From the NCBI GenBank assembly GCA_000708835.1, contig DF237240.1, positions 2,928 to 66,927 of the forward strand: a stretch of 64,000 nt of DNA. Reading direction: 5' to 3'. The notes beneath the pieces are model-generated. The model searched no databases and was not told where the DNA came from. It saw only the letters and a program-made list of their open reading frames with translations. Positions 13,973 to 24,600 of this stretch are shown in pieces (positions within the stretch are counted from its first letter, which is position 1; every line of letters starts with the position of its first letter). Source of the stretch: Klebsormidium nitens (Eukaryota; Plantae; Klebsormidiophyceae). The position numbers and the translations under genes are program-made.

Positions 13973-16900
13973 ATGGCGCCAAAGAGAAGCGCAGCAGCAG
14001 CTCAAGCCACACTCCCTTCTAGAACGTCAAAACGGCTGAAGCAGTCAACAACACTAGAGCATCTCTGGGGAAAAGCTTCAGAGAGTTCCCCATCGCGTCC
14101 AAAAAAGCCACAATTGAGAACTGGATTGAAAGCCAAGGGCATCAAAAACCAGGAAGCTCACAATGCTGGTGCAAAGTCACAAGCAGGAATGACAAAGGAG
14201 AGATCAGCCAGGGAAGATAGTCCTGATGTTGGGCATGGGAATATAGGAGAAATTGAAGACATTGGGGGCAAACAGACATGCTTTAGAGGGGAGGAAATTG
14301 CCCCCCTGAGAAAAGGACTCCTGCGCTGGTATGACCGGAATCATCGAGAACTTCCCTGGCGGATCAACCCGCATTCTCAGCTCAAAAAGACTGATTTGTC
14401 CGACGCAACCGACACTGTTCAGGAAGTTCCAAGTAAGAAGCGCCAGAAACAGGGCGGCAAACGAGTTGCCCCACAAGAAGGCCCTGCTGGAGTGCCAGAC
14501 ACGGTGTTGAAAGAGAGTGTGTTAGAGCTGGCCAAAGCGGAGGGAGTGGAGAACAGGGCCTATGCGGTGTGGGTGTCTGAGGTGATGTGCCAGCAAACTA
14601 GGGTAGTGGTGGTAATGGACTACTTCAGAAAGTGGATGGAGAAGTGGCCCACGGTTGGGGAATTGGCGCAAGCGACGCAGGAAGTGAGTGCATAGTCCTG
14701 TAGATACCCTGCTAGAAAGACAATAGGAATGTTCTATGCTTGAAAGAACTCCGTTCTGAGAAACTACATAGAACTTCTTTGACTTCCTTACGTTTGCGAG
14801 GATAGGACGAGGTTAGCCTTGATACATCTGCTAGATTTAAATTCTCTATGCACAGTCTCATAAGACTTCCTGATGTCTAAAGTCCCCGTTAAGACAGAGG
14901 CAAGACCAGGACACATTAGAATTCTGCTGCTTGCATTTTGTTCTGTTAGTCCCCGTTGTTTCCAACAAGCACTGAAACTATGTTAACCCGCTGGTTAACC
15001 AGGAAGTCATCCAAGTTTGGGCTGGCCTAGGTTACTACCGCCGCGCGCGCTTCTTACTCGAGGGGGCCAAGTACATAATGTCCACTCTGGGGGGCCGCTT
15101 CCCAAGCACCGTCCCTGAGTTGCTCAAAGTGCCAGGCATCGGGGCATACACGGCAGGGGCGATCGCTTCGATCGCATTTGATGTTCGGGCGCCGGTTGTA
15201 GACGGGAACGTTGTTCGCGTGTTGTCAAGGCTGAGAGCGATCAGCGGGGATCCTACCGAGAAGGGGAACGTAAAGGTGCATTGGTGAGCGACTTTCACTT
15301 CAACCTGCTTTCCTCTTCCAATTCTTTTGAGATCGAATAACAGACATCCCTGAACGAATTGATGAGACCAGGCGGTCAGAAAACCCGAGTGCCCCATTCC
15401 AGCCTTGTTTCGACTGAGGCGGTCTGTTCCAACATACTCTCTCCTTGTAACGAGCTTTGGCAGAACGGATGTAGAAGACCTTCAAACGGTTTCTTTCGGT
15501 TTACAGAAAACTCAAGCAAATCTGACCAAAGGTCCTTTGACGATACCTGAAGGATCGATGCTAGACTGAGAGAGTATTGTGGTTTAATCAATGCTCGTCT
15601 TGTTGGACGCCATCGAATTTCAAGCGACCCTCAGTTTCTCGAACCAAATACGGAAGGAACCCAACGTCTAGAAAAAGATGCACGTCTGCTTTTTGAGTCA
15701 ATCTATCTTCGCTTGCCAGGTCGCTTGCCGAGCAGCTGGTTGATGCGATCCGCCCTGGCTGCTTCAACCAGGCGCTGATGGAGCTAGGCGCGATGGTCTG
15801 CACCCCGACCTCACCAGACTGCTCGGGTTGCCCAGTTTCCGGGCACTGCCAGGCCCTTAAGCTTGCGGAATCGGGGATAGGTGGACCGGTCACCGAGTTC
15901 CCAGGAAAGAAGGTGAAGAAAGCCCCCCGGGAGGAGACCGTTGCCGTGTGTGTTGTCGAGTTGCGGAAAGGTGAGGCTTCCTTGCCTTAAACTGAGACTG
16001 GTTTCCTGGTTACGACTGGGCTTCAGGTATTCAGGGCTCGAAGGTCCGATCACTCATTTCAGAGAAGCTCCCTCGACAGCTTGGATCTACGAGCCTCTTG
16101 GAACAGTGCCCGGACTTTGTCCGTTTTGTCGTAAGTGTTCTGTTGATTCTTCGAGTCGCCCGCACGTGTCCGCTCGTTAGAACAGTTTTCGTGCCGTTGA
16201 TCAGTATCATTCGAAGGGTTTCAAATGCACGCTTCTGAAAGCGTGCCCTTTCCACAGGATTAGACGCTGCGGCAACTCAGTTTCGCACTGGTGCTTTTCG
16301 AAGCTCTGAACTCGCCGTTTTTCCAGTCCGAGAACGTTACCTCAGCCGCTGTTTGTCCAACTCTACTTTCTCAACTTCGCGGTTACCTTCAACGAAAGTT
16401 ACATCAGTATTCGTACGTCCTGACGAGTCTCACTTGTCTGCAGGTGAAAAACCCGGGCGATCCGTGGAGGCGTCCCCCGAGTACCTGCTTATCCAACGGC
16501 CCAAAACGGGCCTCCTCGCTGGGCTGTGGGAATTTCCGACCGTTTCCGTCGCCTCGAAAGCGAGCAAAAGCGTTCGGCGAAGCGCGCTAGACTCGTTGCT
16601 TGCGCGCCTTCTTCCTGGGGGGTACGAAACTTCGGAACGGCACGAAGTTGGGGAATATGTCCACGTCTTTTCGCACGTTCGGCAGACGATGTTGATAGAG
16701 CGACTGGTTATCACAGAAATGAAGAGCGGACAGAACGGAAAAGGTGTGAAGAGGCAACGAGAAGGGGTGGGCGGCGAATTAGAGGACGAAAGCGAGGGTT
16801 CGACTCCGCAAACCCGGTGGGTTCCTGAGGAAGAGATGACGTCAGTCGGCCTGACGAGTGGCGTCAAGAAGGTGAGGATTACCCCGAACTTTTCCCGGAG

Positions 16901-17338
16901 GTCTAAGGGCAGCCGTCAGGCAACCTCTCCGTGCAATGCTAAAAACGGTGCGTCTAGTTCCTGACATGACGGAGGGGAGTAGGTCAACAAGAGGTAGCTA
17001 AGTAGACTCTATTCAAACCTTGCTTGAAGATTTTTGGTGGGCGTTACTCCGTTGACCACCTCAGCAGTAATGGACTGCGTCGCGCATTGTCGACTTTACG
17101 GAACCTACCTGTCCACACGATGATTCTGGCGATCAGGCTGATGCCGTTAGTACGTGGTTACAGACAATAGTCAAATGATGGTTAATGGAAAAACACCGAC
17201 TGTGTTGCGTCAATCATATGTGAGCGAGGTCCGAGATACACAGTTGAAACTGAAGCAGCCGTTGACCTCTTTTTGCTTCGCTGGCAGGTTCTTGACATGG
17301 CTCGGAAGAGCCGCGCCCTCACTACTCAGAAAAGCTGA
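13973..17338 (+). CDS. MUTYH: A/G-specific adenine DNA glycosylase MutY/MUTYH, 5 exons, 573 aa
   Basis: Exons 13973-14683, 15003-15283, 15720-15970, 16444-16871, 17288-17338, frame-consistent. Motifs: WVSEVMCQQTRV, WAGLGYYRRAR, HhH VPGIGAYTAGAIASIAF, PVVDGNVVRV (catalytic Asp), FNQALMELGA, 4Fe-4S loop CTPTSPDCSGCPVSGHC, NUDIX-like QRPKTGLLAGLWEFP, HVFSH. Confidence 0.95.
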
Positions 17339-18473
17339 GGGTGAAAACCGGGTACAGCTTCCTTTCTGGAGGTGACCGCAAACGTCGTCCGAGGCTTAGA
17401 GCAGCTTGCAGCTATATCGGGGCCTCGGGAACTCTGTTTGAGTACCTACTCTGAACTGACCGTTTGGATCATGGTCGCTAGCACTCTAGCGAGCCTTGTT
17501 TTGAGATCTGAGTGACACCTGCAACATGACATTTCTCTACTGAGATTTGACCAGTAGCTCGGACGCAGTTTTGTCAAGTAGCTAGGCCGGGCCGGACTGG
17601 GACTCGACCGAATTGCTCGATGGCCGCTGCCGCCAAGAATCATATCTTATCTGGTCACTGCGTCGTCAGAACGTAAGTATATTTTGATGTGGCCCGCAGC
17701 CGAAGATAACGCTCGCATGCAATGCGGTGCCGCAGTGCGGCCCGCACACATCTTGTCCGAGCCCAGGCCACCACCTCGATTTATCAAACTTTGAATGTAT
17801 GCACGTCGTACCTCGGGTAATCATGCATTATCGAGGTAGAGCTCTCATGCATTTAGGAAGCATCATGGCGCGCTTGTATATTCAAGATCAACATTCGGGA
17901 GGCGCCCATGCCTGCAGCGTCACGTTGAAACTGATGAAGCATACATGCGCGGATGTGAGTCACTGATTGACATTCGACCTCACGATCTTGATGTGATCTT
18001 ACTTTGCTACTGGCCTGTCGATCGTTGCACGTATTCAGCAGGATCAAGAAGCACACAAATCTTACACCATAACATTCGGCTTCATTGACTTTGACGGGCC
18101 GTGCGAAATCAGCTGCGATTCGGATGCGCGTGCGCATAGAGAGCGCGTGTTGCGCGCAAGCATTTGCCAGATCTTGCATCCCGCTTGCGAACCACTATGC
18201 CTTTCAAAGCCTGTCGCTGCCACAGCCTGGCTTGACAGCCTGCACGCTGGCCATAGCTCTTTTAAGGGAACTTCAGCATTCACGCGATGTGCCAGCAACC
18301 CATCTTTCGAGGAAAAGCAAGTTGCCCTTTGAAGATAAGGGGAAACAAGGATGGCCGCCTTGTCAGGAATGCCTGAGGTGTTTGCATGTACGAGCGTGAG
18401 ATTGTAGGGGACAGTGAACTTTGAACCGCGAAGTGTTTTCTTCTGGGGCCGCGCGCGCAATTATTAGGGCGGA

Positions 18474-20072
18474 ATGGAGGACCTAGTCGCTGATTGGGCG
18501 TCCCAGCTTCTTTCTGACAATCCTAGGACCCTGCACCAAGCACACAGCTCTCTCGTGAAAATGCCGGCGACCAGGCCTCTAGGCTGCACCTTCTTTCCAA
18601 GATTGATTCAAGAATTGGCGATCTACCAGCAAGGGTATGTTGTAAAGAAGTTAGTGACCCAGGCGCTCGGCCAGAGCAGCCTTTCAGGATCTGAAACTTC
18701 GGAGAATGCCAACAGTGCTTCCAGCTGTGCCGTTGCAGGGAGCAGAACAGAACTTGCTCACGCGTCCTTAAGTCTCCTCGTCAGCCTCTCATCGAGCAAG
18801 GCCTTTGCGCTCTTCTGTCAAGATTACGAGGGGGTTAGCGAGAAGCTTCTGTGCTGCTTTGTGGAAAACCTCAAGTTATCCAAGCGTCCTACAGTGGAAG
18901 AAGATGCTTCCAACACCGCTAAATACATTGCGCAACATCTTCCGGCTGCCTGCCTTGATGGATTGATACTTCACGCCCGAGCTTCAGAAATGTTTCGTCA
19001 GCTCATTCGTGCGCATAAGAAAGTGCTGCCCGCCGTCCTGTCTCTCTTCGAGGACGACACCATCAAGCATCTGAGTGATGAGGGCATCTCACAACTGAGG
19101 CAAGGAGTGACCAGTCTGGTTATGGCCCTTGCTTTTGCAAAGGACAGTCAAGAGTGGATGATTGAGCAAGGGTACATCCGGCTCCTGGCAAGTATTCGTG
19201 GCGCAGGCGTTGGCCATATATCCTCGGAAGCGAGAGACAGATGTACACACATTTCTATGCTTATCATCCTTCGTTTGGTCGAGACCTCAGCCCTTGTGAG
19301 GAAGATGAGAGAAGCTAGGGTGCTCTCTATTCTTGAGCCATTTTCAACATTATTCGACTCAGAATTGCCCGGAGTTTGGCAAACTGTCAAAGGATTGCTT
19401 ACAGGCAGGCATAGGATCTGCCAGGCCAAGATGCCTAAGACTGTAGCGACGTACAATCGGGTGTGCAAGCGGATTCAAGTAGGTGTTCCAACGGTTTGTT
19501 CCTGGGAAGGTTGCTCAAAGGCAGAGAGCCGCGAAGGTTTCGACGCGTCAAGCGCGTCCGATCTCGTGAAGTATCTGAAGGAGGTGAAGAGCCTGAAGTT
19601 CAGCAGGTGTGGACGCTGCACGGCTGCGTACTACTGCAGGTAAGTAGGGTCAGCTTGACACTACAGCTGCTTCATCCGCAGGGAACGTTGGACACACGGT
19701 CCTGCACGTAATAGGAGTTCCTGGCAGTTGATTATGATGTGAACCAGCTTTGTGAAGTTGCTGGGCCAGTTTGCGATAGAGGCATGGCGATTGGAACTGA
19801 CGGAAAGCTTTTGGCAAACCATCTAAATTCTCTAGGAGACGGGAGAAGTGTATCTTTCAATGTTTTGCCATGTCCTTCCTGTGTGCACCTTTTCCACCTC
19901 TAGGTACGGCCCAAAGAGTAGCTGTTGCATCAAACCCGCACCTATCTCGAATGTTTGTCAAAGTCGACTGACACGGTCCTTTTTCTAATGTGCCTGCAGC
20001 AAAGATCACCAAAAGCTTCACTGGCCAACGCACAAGAAGCACTGTTTCAACAAGGGTAAGAAGCAACCATAG
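18474..20072 (+). CDS. Helical (ARM-like) protein with C-terminal MYND zinc finger, 412 aa
   Basis: Exons 18474-19639 and 20000-20072 (phase 2) join to give CSWEGC...CGRCTAAYYCSKDHQKLHWPTHKKHC, a MYND finger. The N-terminal region is Leu/Ala-rich and helical; its ARM-like fold is an inference. Confidence 0.8.
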
Positions 20073-21665
20073 ATAAGTCCATCTCAGTGACGGGGTCGTT
20101 CAATTTCATAGTGGCCACCTTAATGTAGTCCCAATCAATCCGCAGGCATCATGGAGCCCGTTCAGAACGACAATAGTCCAAAGTCGACCCTTTGTGTTGC
20201 CAACCTCGCGGCCAGCGTGTACTAAACGGATTCTGGATTTCCAACTTTGTACGTGAAGCAAATACCTGTAATCTTGACAAGCTGTACAAATCTCAAATCC
20301 CTAACTTGAACGTGATAAACAGAAGTCGGCCTTCGCTGGGAAAGGATGCCCTTTTCACCGGCCACATGGAAAGTTGAGTGACGTGTAGAGCGTGCCGATT
20401 CTGTTCCACAATCCGTCGGCCGCTACAGTCCCCTCATCTTGAAAAAAGTCTGATTGCTGCGACCAGCTCCGACTACACACATCAGCATGGATAGTTTGCA
20501 GTGCATGACCATTTTATGTTTGCTCATGGGGTCAGCGCATCGTTGCAACGAGTTTCGCATGCTAATAATAGGTGTCAAGTGCAACTTCGTCATGCAGGCT
20601 TGCGTTGCAAATCCAGTATGAGCTGTCGTTCGCGGATCCACTGCGGCAGGCGTTATGTTGCCGCTTGTCGTACACTGTCGCAATTGGTGGAACATCCCGT
20701 GTCTTGAAGGTCAGAGTTTCATGTCAATAGTGGGCGCGTCATGGACGATTATAATGCAAGATGCAACGGGCACGCGTCGAAAGTTGCCCGAATATAGTTT
20801 TATCTTGAAGTTGATCAATCATTAATCTGGCATGAGCTCTCGCATTGCAAGCCGGTTGTAAAATGTTAGTGCCATTATTGGCGTAGCTTCACTTGGACTA
20901 GGCCGGGAAAGGCTGCAGCTAGTAGAGCGCACATGGCCGGCTTCAAGAAACTCCAAGCGACTTCTCGGCAGGCGCCGCATATATGGCTTTTCAATGAACC
21001 TACGTCTGCGATTTTCATGTAATCCGCGTCACTTGTCATTGCTGCATGACGTAGCCATTCAGCAGATTGGGCATAATTTAACCACCGTCATGCAATGAGT
21101 CAGGAAGGATAGATCGCCATGATCTAGCTCGCTTACAAACCTTGCGCCGCCATGGACTGATATACGTTGCAAAAAATCTCCTCGTCCGCGGGACACGTAT
21201 TGACATGGTTGTCATGCAGATTGCTTTCGGGAGCGAGCCCAGGCTGCGCGGCCGGACTGACTACTGCCTGCAGCCACGGCCAACTGCGCCCGTAGATGGT
21301 CACGTTGCATGCTAGCTGGCGCTGCACTTGTAAATGGTAACCGCCAATGGCCTGCGGCAAATCTAGGATGTCCGGCGAGAACAGGCTTCTTTGCAAGGCT
21401 CCTTTCAAAGGTGTAAGAGACAGTACCGAGAACAAACACAGCTCCAAATTGCGCAGATAGGGAGAACAGCTCGTTCGTTTGGCTACAAGCTGTCCGACTG
21501 GTGTAAGACGCAACCTCGTCGATGTTCGACGTTCCAATCTTCCGCACAAGTACTTCTACCTTCTAGACTGAGACTTGCTTCCCCGTTACACGTTTGCAGT
21601 CCCTTGTCTAAGTAAGGGACTCCTGTTAGCCTAATCTACCGAGCACGCAACTGAGTCCCCCGTCT

Positions 21666-24600
21666 CTAGGCCTCTTCCGCATCCTTCTTCTTTTTCTTCT
21701 TCTTCTTCTCCGACACTTCACTCGGTGCCTCTCCCTCTTCGCTCTCCGCCTTCCGCTTCTTCTTCTTCTTACTCGGCTCTTCCGAAACCTCCGCTTCCGC
21801 CTCTCCGTTCGTCTCGAAGTATCGCTCCTTCTTTTTCTTTTTCTTCTTCTCGCCGTTCTCTGACGGACCCGCAACCGCCTCTTCTTCCTCCGGCTCTTGC
21901 TTCGCTTTCTTCTTTTTCGGCACCTCGGCCTCTGCCGCGTCCCCTTCGTCTGCGGAAGCGTCCTTCTTCTTTTTCTTCTTCTTGCCGTCAGTGTCCGGCT
22001 TTTGCGTCGAGGCGGCTAGCGTGCTATCGGCGGCGGGGTTGTACGTCTGTAGCAAAAAGGGAGAATTGACATCAGCCCCACGGTCTGTTACAAATGGTGG
22101 TTCCGATTTCAGAGGCTAATCGACCAGGAGCCTCCATGACTTGGTGACAGGGCGATGCCGCATCCGCCATCCGCACCAGGTAATCAATACTGGTCAGCAA
22201 ACACTTTTGGTGACGTCACAGTCCTCCTCAGCATGACCGTCCAAAGAATGGACTTTTGACTTTCACGATCTAGTTATGACAATCAAGCATCATTCTGTTG
22301 AGTGGAGGACACCGTAAAACAACACGGACACCCCTGGATCCGCCTAACTCTCAAAAGCCAGCCAGGTCCTAACAAGGTATTGACGTCACGCTGACCTTTG
22401 CTGCCGTCAGGAGCGCCGGCGCGTCGGGCTTCCTCTCGGCATCGTACTTGGACGCAGACTTATTGCCAATAGTCACCCTTCCGCCGGCCTTGCCCTCAAG
22501 CTGCCGCAACCTCGTCTCCACCTTTTGCCTGCGGAGACAAAGACACCGAAAGTGTTCAGCTCTCTTCCCTCCTCCGTCTCTAGATCTGATTGTGCCATTC
22601 ATTGTTCATACTTGTAAGTCGGCATTCGCACCCACAGATCTTTTTTGTTTCACTTTTCCTTATCCTCTGAAGCATTGAAGTTCGTAATACCCCGTATCGC
22701 AATGCACAGGAGCACCCACTTAGACCACCTGTCTCGGCTCTCAATCTCGTACAATTTTAAGGGAACCGTACAGACCTTGACGTCAAAAGCAGAATCGGCC
22801 TAATCAACAAAGCATCCGCACGGACTGCGGGCCGACTCTTTTTTGCTGCGCCTCTTTTGAACCGAATGCCCTCGCCTGAAAAGGTTGGGTGCTGATGCTG
22901 TAGCCTGTAGAGTAAGCGAGAAGGTGAAACTACCAGAACTTCGTGTAACTGGGTAGATCCAGATGACCCAGAACTATAGCAAACGTGACCCAAGACAGAA
23001 ACACCCCTCACCTGTTCTCCATCCCAATCGTGGCGTCCGCCGACTCCCCTAGCGCGTCCACCCTGATAGAGAGCGCGCACTTGGCCGCCAAGATACGCGA
23101 GATCTTGCCCTTGTACTTGGGCGGGGCCTGCCCGATCAGCGACGCGTGGTAGATCAAACCGTACTTGGGCGTCTCGTGCTTCGTCTTCAAAGCACGGAAC
23201 AGCGCCTGTAAAAGGGGGACAGATGAGAAGGGTCAGTTCTTGGACCGCCACTGGTTGCAGGAAGTTCCATCCTCTTGTACGGACCTTCCTTGACGAGAAG
23301 CAAGTCAAACGAAGGAATCGAATGTCGGAAACTCCGTGTCTTGGAAATAAAGTCTTCAAACATATTTCAAGTCTTCGAGGAAAATTCACTTCTCGCAAGG
23401 AATTGAGCGTTCAATAGCTATTCAAAGTCAAAAAGATTGTTCATCCCGGGAGTGTCAACTTCTCTTCCGTCCTACGTGAAATGCTTCCAGAAAGGGTCGA
23501 CAGATCAATTTCGGGGGCATGTATTCGCTTCGTTCTACTTACAAAAACCACTGAAGGAAGGCTGCAGTCGGGAGCTCAATATTGGACGAGGAACAGACGT
23601 ACGCTGCTTTCTGCCTTGCCTGCCACCAGGACCAGCGAAACGCAACGACCGAATCCTGGAGTAAGTCACAAGAGAATCAAGGAGAGATGCCGACAAACCA
23701 CCATATACTGGTAGGAGAGGCGGCGACTTCAGCACAGAAGAGAGCCCCACCTTCTCAGCGCCCAGGATCTGCACGGTGCTCGCGGGCTGCTTGGCCAGCT
23801 GGATCAAGCTCCCCGCGTGCGCGATCAGGCGCGCGCCGACCAGCTCCCCGACGAGGACCGTCAGATTGGGCGCGATCGCGTTCATGCGCGAGCGCAGGTA
23901 GTCGAAGAGCTGCGCGCGGTACTCGGAGAGCGAGATGACCTGGTCGCACAGCATGATGATGTTGGCAAGGTCCTGCGGGGAGATCTCCGTGCCCATGGAG
24001 ATCACGGCGGCCTCCTTCAGGGACGCCTCGACCTCCTCTTCCAGGATCTGCAGCAGGAAGCGAGCGGAGAGCGCGTCAGATACGAAATGCAAACGGTGCG
24101 AAATTTGCTCCATGCGAGACGTCAAGCCTCGAGAATATGTCAGAAACATATTTCTGCATTATGACAACGGTCCAGTAATACTTTTGGACACCAGCAGAAA
24201 TTTAAACCTGCCTTTCAGACTGAGAGCGAAAAGTACGAGGTGAGTTGATAGAAGGGTCCTGACCTTTAGCAACTAGGTAATCGCACTCTCGAAGACAGGC
24301 TTGCAGAAACCGACCCCGCCCAAAAGCAGAATCTTCGACTTACAGAACCCAGACATCAATCCAGAAGGTCGAGACTCCCAGTGGTGAAGGGCATGCCCAA
24401 ATACTGCACAGCCTCGCCAGCCCGAAAACAGCACTCATCTCAATCCCCAAGCCCCCAATCCAAGTTAGTAGCAAAGCATGACCCATCAAAACTAACGGCA
24501 AAACCAGTTCCAAAGGTTGAGAGACCCACCCCCGAGAAGTCAAGGTCGGCGGCGTTGGAGCGCAGGCCCATGAACTTGACGGACTTGGCGTACTGGATGT

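Noticed and set aside
20423-21615. Short ORFs in the MYND-NOP58 spacer (likewise 17727-18460 and 62271-62869)
   Set aside because: No motifs, coding-like composition or coherent splice chains.
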